In this document: piece after piece, positions 19,087 through 28,654 of the stretch
Numbering within the stretch: the stretch's first letter is position 1
How the letters are laid out: each line of letters begins with the position of its first letter
DNA from: a bacterium
GTDB lineage: Bacteria; SZUA-182; DTGQ01; JAFGSM01
DNA: 64,000 bases
NCBI GenBank assembly: GCA_049472315.1
Contig: JBLIRN010000001.1
Location: 96,001-160,000 of the forward strand
Reading direction: 5' to 3'
Made by a program: the position numbers and the translations under genes
Notes under the pieces: model-generated
What the model saw: only the letters and a program-made list of their open reading frames with translations
Told to the model about the DNA's origin: nothing
The model's database searches: none

Positions 19087-20188
19087 AAGGGAAATGATAC
19101 CCGGTGAGGCCCAGGTCATGTTGCATCTGCAGGATTTCGCGCTGAAGATTCCTGTTGATGGGAACCCCTTTATCCTTCCGCTCCTTCCATGCCAGGAATT
19201 CCTTTTCACCCGCCGTATAGATCCTTTCCTGGCCGGGCATCTTCCTGGATGCCCTGATTTCCCGAAGGATATCACCGGCAGTCTTTGCAAAGGAAGTCAC
19301 ATCGGTAAAGTGGGCGATATTGATGGCAATGAAGAAATGCCCGAGGGGACAGGGGACCTTTTTCCCGTCCCGTACCCCCGAGAGCATCCGCAGGAAACTC
19401 CCCCCCTGGAGGGCTGCACAGAGCATCTCCACGACGGTCGCATACCCGTATCCCTTGTATCCGGCGGTCTCCTCGCCAATGCCGCCGAGCGGGGCAAGGG
19501 CGGCCTTTCCTTCCACCAGGTCCTTGAGGATTTGGTGGGTGTCGGTCCTCGTTTTCCCTTCCCGATCCACGACCCATCCCGGAGGGATCTCCTTCTCCGC
19601 CCGGCCGTACAATTCAATTTTTCCCCGCTGGGCAAGGGACGTGGCGCAATCGAGCACAAAGGGGAATTCCTCATCGGTGGGCATTCCAAAGGTCAAGGGA
19701 TTGGTGCCCAGGACATTCTCCACACCAAAGGTGGGCGCGACCGAGGGACGGGCGTTGCTCCCGGTGATGCCGATCATGCCGGCCCGGGCCGCCATGAGAA
19801 CGTAGTAGCCCGCAATGCCGTAGTGGGTGGAATTGCGCACGGCAACCATTCCCATCCCGTATGTTCCGGCCTTCTGTATGGCCAGATCCATGGCCTTCTT
19901 GGAAATGAGGTGCCCCATGCCGTTGTGGCCGTCAACGACAGCGGTTGTCGGGCCCTCCTGTACGATCTCGAACGTTGTGACCGGCGACTGAATCCCTGCC
20001 CTGATCCTGTCATAGTAAATGGTCTTGAGACGGCCCACGCCGTGTGAATCGATACCCCGTTTATCGGCGGTGATCAGTACGTCGGCGCATACCCTGGCAT
20101 CCTCCTCAGGGACTCCAACCCCCTTGAACACATCCACCATGAATCGTTCCATGGTGTCAAAATCGACCCATACCACATGTTCCTCCAT
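19070..20188 (-). CDS. Ldh_2 family oxidoreductase (malate/L-lactate/sulfolactate dehydrogenase-like)
   Basis: GIDSHG, NSTHYG, GTNP, DCATS, GYKGYG. Confidence 0.88.
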   Translation of the reverse strand: MEEHVVWVDFDTMERFMVDVFKGVGVPEEDARVCADVLITADKRGIDSHGVGRLKTIYYDRIRAGIQSPVTTFEIVQEGPTTAVVDGHNGMGHLISKKAMDLAIQKAGTYGMGMVAVRNSTHYGIAGYYVLMAARAGMIGITGSNARPSVAPTFGVENVLGTNPLTFGMPTDEEFPFVLDCATSLAQRGKIELYGRAEKEIPPGWVVDREGKTRTDTHQILKDLVEGKAALAPLGGIGEETAGYKGYGYATVVEMLCAALQGGSFLRMLSGVRDGKKVPCPLGHFFIAINIAHFTDVTSFAKTAGDILREIRASRKMPGQERIYTAGEKEFLAWKERKDKGVPINRNLQREILQMQHDLGLTGYHFPFSEAG

Positions 20189-20200
20189 TGTATGCCCCCT

Positions 20201-20489
20201 GTAACCAGACTTTGTTAGAGCGAAGCGAAGCGGAGCTACTATAATACACCTTCTTTTGATATTCTGAAAGGCCTGCTTCGCCCCTGATGCCGAAGGGAGT
20301 TCTCTATGTAAAGGTTGGTTGCCGCAGTTGCGGGCCCGTTATGTCACCGCGAGGGGCAACATAGTGCTCCGCCTGGCAAGCTTGGATTGTAAAGTCCCGG
20401 ACCCTTTTGGATGATCGCGAGAGGTGCATAGTGCTCCGCTGCGCTTCGCCTCACAAGTTTGGTTGCTCCGCCTAACGAAGCTTGGTTAC
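20201..20489. repeat. Cluster of four imperfect copies of a ~25-40 bp repeat, ends inverted (GTAACC...GGTTAC); REP/MITE-like
   Basis: Core AACCAARCTT..AGGCG..GCGGAGC(T)ACTA at 20203-20242 (+), 20361-20388, 20428-20464, 20465-20488 (-). Confidence 0.6.
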
Positions 20490-21049
20490 CCATTAAAGAG
20501 ATTCATGGCCGCCTGAGGGCCATCATTGATAATGGCGGTGATCATCAGCTCGGTGGAATGAATGACCGGCTGAAGCGCATCCAATTCGGCGGGCGTCGGA
20601 GAGGAAAGGACGAATCCGGTGGCATCCTCTGTCGACCCCGGATGCCCCGTACCAATCCGGATACGTACGAAATCATCCCTCCCCAGATGATCGATCACCG
20701 ACTGTACACCCTTATGGCCACCGCTGCCCCCCCTCGTCCTGATCTTTACCCCACCGGGGGGCAGGTCCATATCGTCATGAATAACAACAAGGTGTGATGT
20801 GTCGATGTCAAAGGCCGATGCCAGGGATTGCACGGAAAGACCGCTTATGTTCATGAATGTCTGAGGCTTGCTGAGAATAACAGGGATTCGGCCCATTCGA
20901 CCTTCCCCCCACAAGGCCTGATGGCTCTTTTGGGAAAGGGATATTCCCGTTCGTGTCGAAATGAGGTCGACTGCCCAAAATCCTATGTTATGTCTCGAAA
21001 AGCGATACTTCAACCCCGGGTTTCCCAGCCCGGCGATCAGCCAGTGCAC
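20486..21049 (-). CDS. pth: Peptidyl-tRNA hydrolase
   Basis: GLGNPG, RHNIGF, KPQTFMN, HDDMD, GGHKG. Confidence 0.96.
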   Translation of the reverse strand: MHWLIAGLGNPGLKYRFSRHNIGFWAVDLISTRTGISLSQKSHQALWGEGRMGRIPVILSKPQTFMNISGLSVQSLASAFDIDTSHLVVIHDDMDLPPGGVKIRTRGGSGGHKGVQSVIDHLGRDDFVRIRIGTGHPGSTEDATGFVLSSPTPAELDALQPVIHSTELMITAIINDGPQAAMNLFNG

Positions 21050-21059
21050 CGTTGCGACC

Positions 21060-21728
21060 TTATTCCTCTTCGGCGGGTTTAGAGGACTTCTGGGTCAAAA
21101 CTTCCGGTGCCTCCTCTTCCTCTTCCGGCACCTTGGCAACGATCTCTTCCTTGACCTTCAATTTATGGATGATGGTGACGATCACCTTGTCGGGGCTTTC
21201 AAGCGGCTTTACCCCCGGAGGAAATACTATATCCTTGATATGTACGGCGTCTCCCATCTTCAGGGGCGAGACGTCGATCTCTATGCTCTCGGGCAGATCG
21301 TCAGGCAGGCACTCCACGAGGATTTCCCGCGCCACATGGTCCAGGAGACCTCCCTCCTCCTTAACGCCGATTGCCTCATTGATTGTTTCCACGGGAACAT
21401 GGACCTCGAGGACCTTATCCATGGATACCTCGAAAAGATCGACATGAAGGAGACCCCCCTTGGTGGGTTCAAATTGCATCTCCTTGATAACCACGCTGGG
21501 CACGTCTTTCCCCTTCTGCCCTTTGATCTTTACCTTAAAAAGCACATTTTCATGGGCCTCACCGTGCACCAATTTAAGGAACTCATTTGTATTAAACGAG
21601 ATGGCTAAGGGTGTTTCTCGTTTTCCATAGATGATGGCAGGGGTCGATCCCTGCGCCCTCAATCTCCTGGCGGCCCCTTTTCCCCCTGCCTCCCTCTTTT
21701 GTGCATCGAGGGTAAATTGAATTGCCAT
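21060..21728 (-). CDS. rplY: 50S ribosomal protein L25/Ctc
   Basis: GKGAARRLR, PAIIYG, HVDLF; prs-rplY-pth order. Confidence 0.95.
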   Translation of the reverse strand: MAIQFTLDAQKREAGGKGAARRLRAQGSTPAIIYGKRETPLAISFNTNEFLKLVHGEAHENVLFKVKIKGQKGKDVPSVVIKEMQFEPTKGGLLHVDLFEVSMDKVLEVHVPVETINEAIGVKEEGGLLDHVAREILVECLPDDLPESIEIDVSPLKMGDAVHIKDIVFPPGVKPLESPDKVIVTIIHKLKVKEEIVAKVPEEEEEAPEVLTQKSSKPAEEE

Positions 21729-21758
21729 CGCTTCCTCCTACCTTTCAGCAATCAACCG

Positions 21759-22694
21759 TTACGTGAAAAGTGAACTGACCGATTCATTGACATTGATGCG
21801 ATGTATGGTTTCGCCGACGGTCTCCGCAACGGAGCGCACCATGATCTTCTCGCATCCCTTTCCGGCCTCGATGAGCGGAATCGTATCGGTCACGATCAAC
21901 TCCTTTATCTCCGAATTTCTAATCCTTTCTATGGCTGCACCGGACAAGACCGGATGGGTGCAGCAGGCACACACAGATTCCGCACCCGCCTCTTTGAGCG
22001 CACGGGCAGCCTTGGTCAAGGTCCCTGCGGTATCAACAATATCGTCGACAATGAACACTTCCTTCCCTTTGACGTCTCCGATGATATTCATCACCTCGGA
22101 CTGATTGGGGGCGTCCCTCCTTTTATCGATAATGGAGAGGGTCGCCTTCAGGCGTTTGGCATAGGCGCGCGCCCGTTCCACCCCTCCCGCATCAGGGGAT
22201 ACAATGACCAGATCCTGACAGTTCAATTGTCGTATGTAATCGATCATTACCGGCGTGCTGAAGAGATTGTCCACGGGGATGTTAAAAAAACCCTGGATCT
22301 GCCCTGCGTGGAGGTCCATGGTGAGGAGCCGGTCGGCACCTGCGGTGGTGATCAAGTCCGCGACCAGCTTCGCGGAAATGGGAACCCTCGGCTGCACCTT
22401 TCTGTCTTGCCGCGCATAGCCATAATAGGGCACCACCGCGGTTATCCTGGCGGCCGAAGAGCGTTTGAGGGCATCAATGATGATGAGGAGTTCCATGAGA
22501 TTGTGGTTGACCGGCGGGCAGGTAGACTGAACCACGAAGACATCCGCACCACGGACATTGTCGTGTATCTGGACAAAGATTTCGCCATCGCTGAAATCCT
22601 TTACCTCGCAGTCCACCAGGTCAACCCTGAGATATTTTGCGATTCCCTGGGCCAGTTGCCGATTCGAATTACCGGAAATTACCTTCAGTTCCAT
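21759..22694 (-). CDS. prs: Ribose-phosphate pyrophosphokinase
   Basis: FSDGE, YYGYARQDRK, DLHAGQIQGFF, SPDAGG, DDIVDTAGT. Confidence 0.98.
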   Translation of the reverse strand: MELKVISGNSNRQLAQGIAKYLRVDLVDCEVKDFSDGEIFVQIHDNVRGADVFVVQSTCPPVNHNLMELLIIIDALKRSSAARITAVVPYYGYARQDRKVQPRVPISAKLVADLITTAGADRLLTMDLHAGQIQGFFNIPVDNLFSTPVMIDYIRQLNCQDLVIVSPDAGGVERARAYAKRLKATLSIIDKRRDAPNQSEVMNIIGDVKGKEVFIVDDIVDTAGTLTKAARALKEAGAESVCACCTHPVLSGAAIERIRNSEIKELIVTDTIPLIEAGKGCEKIMVRSVAETVGETIHRINVNESVSSLFT

Positions 22695-22836
22695 TTTATT
22701 CCTTCTGTGGATTGTGAATATCAGTTAGAAGATGAACTACTCGATGAATTTGAAATCATACATCCACGTACCCGCCGTCTTTGCAAAGGGGAGCATTCTC
22801 ACACAACTACCGCGCGGCAATTTCATCGGCCTACAT

Positions 22837-22911
22837 TGGCTGGGGCGGGAGGATTCGAACCTCCGAATGCAGGAGCCAAAGTCCTGTGACTTACCGCTTG
22901 TCGACGCCCCA
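22837..22911 (-). tRNA. tRNA-Gln (anticodon TTG)
   Basis: TGGGGCG...CAGGA-CTTTGGC-TCCTG...GGTTCGAATCC...CGCCCCAGCCA cloverleaf, CCA encoded. Confidence 0.96.
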
Positions 22912-22917
22912 GTGCCT

Positions 22918-23178
22918 TTAGGACGTTTCGGCACCGTCCAGATATTTTTCTATTACCCTTTGCTCCAGGGTCTCCCTCATTTCTTGATTGAGCGGGTGGG
23001 CGATATCTCGATAGGTGCCATTTTTTCCCTTTTTATTCGGCATCGCTACAAAAAGTCCGTTGTTTCCCGATATGATCTTCAGGTCCCTCACAATAAAGAC
23101 ATTATCAAAGATAACCGTAGCATACCCTTTCAATCGTTCGCCATCAACCTTAAAAATACTGACGTCTGTAATTTCCAT
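22918..23178 (-). CDS. spoVG: SpoVG family nucleic-acid-binding protein
   Basis: MEITDV, GLFVAMP, YRDIAHPLN. Confidence 0.92.
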   Translation of the reverse strand: MEITDVSIFKVDGERLKGYATVIFDNVFIVRDLKIISGNNGLFVAMPNKKGKNGTYRDIAHPLNQEMRETLEQRVIEKYLDGAETS

Positions 23179-23305
23179 GGTGCCTCACCATTCTTTCGTA
23201 ATCCCTCCACAGGCATGGTGCAAAGGGGAAAAAAGTTGAAGGTTAAACGGCTCACTCTTGAATAAGCCCTCCTTAATCCCCCCCAATATATTGTCATAAA
23301 AGGGC

Positions 23306-24166
23306 TTACTTAAGAATAGTGCGACATAAGAACACCTCCCGATCCTCCCTCCCATTTTTTTTTATTGATTGGTACGCGCACTGCGCTTCAGTATTATCGA
23401 GGAAAAGCCCAAAAACCGATGACCCGCTTCCAGACATCAAGGCCCCGCATGCGCCCAAGGTTAGCAGGCATCTCTTGATCTCGGCAAGCACAGGGAATCG
23501 TTCAAAACATATTGATTCCAAATCATTAAATAGTGATTTCCCTATCCTCCGAGCATCTCCGCGTGCAATTGCGGACTTTAATATTTTAATTTTATTCCCT
23601 GTTTTTGTCAATCTTAAATCATATTCCTGATAAACCCACCCCGTGGCGATGGAAAAATCCGGCTTTACAATGACCACCCAGAAGGGGGGCAAGGGGGGGG
23701 CGATCTCGAGGATATCCCCGATTCCGCGACCGAATGCGGTTGGCCCATTCAGAAAAAAGGGGACATCCGCCCCGAGCGAAGAGGCCAGTTCGGCCAGGGC
23801 CTGAGTCGACAGGGGAATGTTATACAGGTCAACGAGTCCCCTTAGGGTGGCAGCGGCGTCACTGCTCCCCCCTCCCAGTCCCGCACCCACCGGGATCCTT
23901 TTGACCAAGCGAACGGCAACCCCCTTGTGACAGGAGGCAGTGTCCAGAAGCCTGGTTGCCGCCTTATATATGAGATTCCCCTCCCCCCCCTCGAGAGCGA
24001 TCCCTTCTATGCTGAGCGATACCCCTGATTCAGCCGGCGAAAGGTACAACTCATCACAAAGATCGACCGCCTGGAAAAGGGTTTCGATCGTGTGATAGCC
24101 GTCCCCACGCTGCCCCACGACATGGAGCCCAAGGTTGATTTTGGCAGGTGCCTTGATGAAGATCAT
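23306..24166 (-). CDS. ispE: 4-diphosphocytidyl-2-C-methyl-D-erythritol kinase
   Basis: APAKINL, DGYH, PVGAGLGGGSSDAA, GADVPFF, MSGSGS. Confidence 0.96.
   Translation of the reverse strand: MIFIKAPAKINLGLHVVGQRGDGYHTIETLFQAVDLCDELYLSPAESGVSLSIEGIALEGGEGNLIYKAATRLLDTASCHKGVAVRLVKRIPVGAGLGGGSSDAAATLRGLVDLYNIPLSTQALAELASSLGADVPFFLNGPTAFGRGIGDILEIAPPLPPFWVVIVKPDFSIATGWVYQEYDLRLTKTGNKIKILKSAIARGDARRIGKSLFNDLESICFERFPVLAEIKRCLLTLGACGALMSGSGSSVFGLFLDNTEAQCAYQSIKKNGREDREVFLCRTILK
23583..23611 (-). promoter_or_regulatory. Internal sigma70 promoter inside ispE, facing spoVG-tRNA-prs
   Basis: Minus strand TTGACA-17 bp-TAAAAT in an AT-rich patch. Confidence 0.65.
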
Positions 24167-24996
24167 CCCGCATCACCCAATCCCTTTGAACAATCATTAT
24201 CCAGATGAACGACCTCCCCTTCGAACCAGGATGCATCAGGCAGAAGCATCTCCTCGTCATACGGGGCATTCACCTTCACCTCCTGCAGGTGTATGTTCCC
24301 TTCATCCCCTTCGGGCCAATGGAAATGCACGGCATCGGGAAATGCATAGCCGTCATGCCTCCCCCATTCACCATACACAATGCGCATATTCTCGCGCATT
24401 CCCGCCGGGTGCCAGTTGATTTCCTCAATGACAGGGGTGGCACGAATGGCCACCCGTGCCGTGCAGGGGCCTTCCTCCCCTACGCAGGAGAAGCAATGGA
24501 TGCCTGTCGCGGAAACCGAATGGGAACAAGCGGCAAGGTCCTCGGGCAGGTTCGCTGCCAGCGCATCGAAAAGGCAGGAGGAATCGAGGTGCAGCCCGGT
24601 GAATTGCCGTACGTGCCCGGGGGTATTGCTCCCCCAATAGAGCCTCCCTTGGTGGGGAAGATAGAGATAGATACGATCATGATCAAAGATGAGCGAAAAG
24701 AGAGGGGACCGCCATGGGCCCAGCCCATCCATTCTTCCTCTGCCATTGCCGGTAAGGAGGATGAACGCATCAAACCCGCTCCTTTCCCCTCCGGTGGCCA
24801 CGCATATCCTCGCCCGTGCCTTGAAATGTCGTATGTCGGCCCTCCGTGCAGATGCCCACTGGGCAATCCGGGTTGACGTCCAGGAGGGATGATCGATCCC
24901 GACCGGCACTGAAACGGGTAAGGATGCCTTGCATCCGATGAGAAGGCCGGCGACAATGACGATCAGTGCAGCCTTATACCTGTATGGAATAGGCAT
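24163..24996 (-). CDS. Lipoprotein, LolB/DUF4292-like
   Basis: Lipobox LIGC; position between TPR gene and ispE matches the TPR-lolB-ispE arrangement. Confidence 0.6.
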   Translation of the reverse strand: MPIPYRYKAALIVIVAGLLIGCKASLPVSVPVGIDHPSWTSTRIAQWASARRADIRHFKARARICVATGGERSGFDAFILLTGNGRGRMDGLGPWRSPLFSLIFDHDRIYLYLPHQGRLYWGSNTPGHVRQFTGLHLDSSCLFDALAANLPEDLAACSHSVSATGIHCFSCVGEEGPCTARVAIRATPVIEEINWHPAGMRENMRIVYGEWGRHDGYAFPDAVHFHWPEGDEGNIHLQEVKVNAPYDEEMLLPDASWFEGEVVHLDNDCSKGLGDAG

Positions 24997-25008
24997 GGCA
25001 GGGATGGT

Positions 25009-26778
25009 CTATTGGGGAATGTTCTGAAGCTTTTTCAGAAGGGTCTCCTTGCCTGGATCAAGTTCCAGTGCCCTTTGCCACATTTGTCGGGCCTTTCCCC
25101 ATTCCTTCTTATGTGCGTAGACATCGCCCAGGTGATCATAAATGACCGGATCGTCGCTGATCAGCGATGCAGCCTGGCTGAGATACTCAAGCGCTACGTC
25201 GATCTCACCCTTTCTGAAAAAGGCCCAGCCAAGACTGTCAAGGTATGCGCCGTTGTTCGGATCCAACTCCAGGGCCTTTTTGATTTTAATGACTGCCTCA
25301 TCGAGGTGGATGTTTCTTTCGGCATACAAATAGCCGATGTAGTTGTAGGCATCGGCGTAAAAGGGATTCAAAGCCAGGGCCCTTTGGAAGGAGCCTATCG
25401 ACTCGTCGAAACGATCCGCCTTCTCATAGACGACGCCCAGATAAAAGTGCAGTTCGTCATTATTGGGGTCCATTGCAATGCCTGCTGAGAGCTCGTCGAT
25501 TGCACGTGAGTATTGTCCTGTCTGGTTGTAGGCCAGGGCAAGATAGATACGAAAATCAACGATTTCAGGCTGAATCTCTTTCGCCTCGTTCAATTCGGCA
25601 ATGGCCTCCTCCATCCTGTTGAGACGCTGATAGATGTATGCAAGGTGTATACGGCTCCTGGTATCCTTCGGATTCGACTCCTTAAGGTGATTGAATATGG
25701 AAATCGCCTTCTCATCCGCATGCATCTCCTCGTAAGCGGTGCCCAGATAGAATTTTATCTCGTCGCTGCCGGGATTCTGTTCGAGGTACCGAACGAACTG
25801 TTCGGCTGCATCTTCGTATCGTTCCCGTTCAAACAAAACGATCCCGATCTTGAGGGCGACGCTGGCGTTGTTGGGGTCCTGTTCCTGGATCTTCCGGTAT
25901 TCCTCCAATGCCCCGTCAAGATCATTCTTGAGAATATATATCTTGGCGAGTTGTTCGTTGTAGTAAAGATCGTAGGGTGTCATCTCGATCAGATGGTCGA
26001 GCAGGTCTATCGCCTCCTGATATGCACCGCTCTTTATATAGACCGTGACCATGGATTCCAGGGCGGGCTTAAATCCCGGCCTGATCTCGACGGCCTCCTT
26101 CAAATACCCGAGTGCGGTATCCCAATCCTCCATCTCCATATAGGTGAGGGCAAGGTGATACCGGGTCAGGTAGGAATCGGGATTCTTCTCGAGTATCTGT
26201 TCATAGATGCGGGTGGCCTCCTCAGGATTGTCCGTGTCGAGATATAACCTTCCCAACATGGTAAGGGCCTTCAAATTCTCCGGATCCTTGGTGATAATCT
26301 CCATGAATATGGCCTTTGCATCGGAGAATTTTCTCATCTGGATGTAGAGTTGGCCCAGGAAAAGGCGCAGGGTGAGATCGTCGGGGGAGAGAAGGAGCGC
26401 CTCTTCGAGGTGCAATGCCGCCTCCTCCAAAAGCCCATACTTCGTCAGAATGCGGGCGAGTCTGGAGCGGAGATATGCGGAGGTAGGGTCGTATTCAACC
26501 GCCTTCCGGTATGCCTCCAATGCCATCTCATCCCTGTCGGTTCGGAGGGCGATTTCAGCAACCAAAAAATGGTAGTATGCATCGGCACTCTGTTTGAACA
26601 TATCATCCGAGGCTGCCTCCCCGGTCTCCTCGGCGTCTCCTCCAAAAATGGCCTCCGCTGCCTGGTTCCCTGCCATCGGCGGTAATGCCCTTGGAGAAAA
26701 AAGGAGGCACCCCATAAGGATCAGTCCGAGAAGCAGGATGGCTGAACGCAGGTAAACGGTTTTCTTCAAAAAGCTCAT
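25009..26778 (-). CDS. Exported tetratricopeptide repeat protein
   Basis: Many TPR units; AYYHFL, NYIGYLYAE, AYLDSLGW, DPVIYDHLGD. Confidence 0.88.
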   Translation of the reverse strand: MSFLKKTVYLRSAILLLGLILMGCLLFSPRALPPMAGNQAAEAIFGGDAEETGEAASDDMFKQSADAYYHFLVAEIALRTDRDEMALEAYRKAVEYDPTSAYLRSRLARILTKYGLLEEAALHLEEALLLSPDDLTLRLFLGQLYIQMRKFSDAKAIFMEIITKDPENLKALTMLGRLYLDTDNPEEATRIYEQILEKNPDSYLTRYHLALTYMEMEDWDTALGYLKEAVEIRPGFKPALESMVTVYIKSGAYQEAIDLLDHLIEMTPYDLYYNEQLAKIYILKNDLDGALEEYRKIQEQDPNNASVALKIGIVLFERERYEDAAEQFVRYLEQNPGSDEIKFYLGTAYEEMHADEKAISIFNHLKESNPKDTRSRIHLAYIYQRLNRMEEAIAELNEAKEIQPEIVDFRIYLALAYNQTGQYSRAIDELSAGIAMDPNNDELHFYLGVVYEKADRFDESIGSFQRALALNPFYADAYNYIGYLYAERNIHLDEAVIKIKKALELDPNNGAYLDSLGWAFFRKGEIDVALEYLSQAASLISDDPVIYDHLGDVYAHKKEWGKARQMWQRALELDPGKETLLKKLQNIPQ

Positions 26779-26950
26779 GATCTCCTTTCACACGCGAATC
26801 CATAATCGCGTATCTCCGAGGGCTTCATGCACCGTGCGATGATCCCCCGGCGCTTCCTGATTGCTATGAAATTTCCGTGCTGCTCACTTGAGCATACATC
26901 TCTTTGTATTCAAGAAGTATACCATAATGCAGTGTTTATATAAAATTCTT

Positions 26951-28588
26951 TCATGGCATCCATAACGCCCAGGGAGGGATATCCTGCTCATGTATCTCCC
27001 GAAAGAGGTAAAAGTCAGGGCTCAGGTTGACCGAACGAAAGGCCCTGTGCCAGTTTCCGTGTTCCTGATGCGCCTGCAGCAGAATCTCCCCCACCCTTCG
27101 ATCCCCTCTCGATAAAAGGGCCTGGATATACGACCACTTCGGAACGTCGTGGGTACAGGTGATTCCCCGGAGCAACCGGGTCTCCCTGACAATGTACCCG
27201 ATCTTTCCAGCAAGATGCTCAGTTGATTCCATTGGATGAAACTGGAAACGGGTAAGGGGCTTGGGAACGAAGCTGCTCACGCTCAGGGCTATCTGCCGGA
27301 AGCCCCTTTTCCCTTTACCTGCCTGGACTGCGCAGTGCCTGATTCGCTTCACCAGCCGGATAATCGCCTCGACATCCTGGGGGGTCTCCCCCGGAAGTCC
27401 CACCATAAAATAGAGTTTAAGAAGGGGAATCCCCCGATGGACGAGCCTCTCCACCCCATCCATAATTCTATCATCGGTCATGTCCGCCTTGCCGATTGAT
27501 GCCCGAAGCTGCTCACTGCCCGTCTCCGGTGCAAGGGTAACGGTCTTTACATCGCTCTGCACCAATACATCGAGCAACCCATCCGTGAGATGGTCGGCCC
27601 GAAGCGAGCAAAGGGAGACCTTCCCCCCGAGGGCGCGTATCCCCTGACACAACTCCTCCAGATATGCATAATCGGTGAGCGATGCTCCGACAAGGCCGAT
27701 CCTTTCCCTCCGGGTCAGCCCTTTCTTCACCATAGGGAAAAGGGAGTCCACCCCCCTCTGACGAAACGGCTTGTATATCCTGCTCAGAAGACAGAAATTA
27801 CAGCCCCTCGGGCATCCCCTTGAAACCTCCACAAGGTACATCCCTGAAAATTCAGAGTGACGGTTGAAAATTGCCGTGGATGTCTCGAACCGGTCGAGGT
27901 TCTCCGTAATCCTGGCATGGATTCGATCCGGGGCATCCCGAAGCACACGTATGCCGCTGATGCGGCCTTTGCCGTCATACCGGTAATCGTAAAGGCTCGG
28001 GATGTACATCCCTTCGATCCTTCGAAGTCCGAGGAGTAGGTCCTCCTTCCCCCCGCCGGACTCCACCCAATCCCGGTATGCATCCAGGAATTCCTGCCCG
28101 AGCAGTTCCCCCTCCCCGCACAAAAAACAGTCGATAAACGATGCCATGGGCTCCACATTGAAAAAGGTGCATGCGCCTCCCATGACAACGAGCGGGTGCG
28201 TCTCATTCCGGTCCGATGAACGAAGGGGGATGCCCGACATCTCCAATATCCCCAGACAACCCAGATAGTCGTTTTCAAACGAACAGGAAAAGGCGAGGAT
28301 ATCGAAATCCCTTACCGGGGTCTGGGATTCCAGGGTTACCAGAGGTTTGGTGGAGTCACTGCGCATCCGGGGCACCTCGGGAGAAGATACGAAAACCCTT
28401 TCGCACAGGGTATCGGGGCGGGCATTAAAGAGGCAATACATGGCATGCAGACCGAGGTTTGACATGCCTACATAGTAGGTATTGGGATATGCAAGCGCGA
28501 TCCTGATCCTCCCTCCGGGGTCCTTTCGGATGTACCCCTCCTCCTGTGCCAGAATCGCATGGTACGCCTCTCGCAATTTTCTGTGCAT
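26951..28588 (-). CDS. Radical SAM protein (B12-binding-like N-terminus)
   Basis: YPNTYYVGMSNLG, RGCPRGCNFC, APETGS, LYFMVGLP, FVPKP. Confidence 0.88.
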   Translation of the reverse strand: MHRKLREAYHAILAQEEGYIRKDPGGRIRIALAYPNTYYVGMSNLGLHAMYCLFNARPDTLCERVFVSSPEVPRMRSDSTKPLVTLESQTPVRDFDILAFSCSFENDYLGCLGILEMSGIPLRSSDRNETHPLVVMGGACTFFNVEPMASFIDCFLCGEGELLGQEFLDAYRDWVESGGGKEDLLLGLRRIEGMYIPSLYDYRYDGKGRISGIRVLRDAPDRIHARITENLDRFETSTAIFNRHSEFSGMYLVEVSRGCPRGCNFCLLSRIYKPFRQRGVDSLFPMVKKGLTRRERIGLVGASLTDYAYLEELCQGIRALGGKVSLCSLRADHLTDGLLDVLVQSDVKTVTLAPETGSEQLRASIGKADMTDDRIMDGVERLVHRGIPLLKLYFMVGLPGETPQDVEAIIRLVKRIRHCAVQAGKGKRGFRQIALSVSSFVPKPLTRFQFHPMESTEHLAGKIGYIVRETRLLRGITCTHDVPKWSYIQALLSRGDRRVGEILLQAHQEHGNWHRAFRSVNLSPDFYLFREIHEQDIPPWALWMP

Positions 28589-28654
28589 ACTTATATGTTG
28601 TATCGTGGATTTGGGGTAATATCAAGCTGAGGGCGAGCGCTTCTTACGTGCACG

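Noticed and set aside
20201..20489. Repeat cluster as CRISPR or attC array
   Set aside because: Mixed orientations, irregular spacing, degenerate copies, no cas or integron integrase, no cassette ORFs
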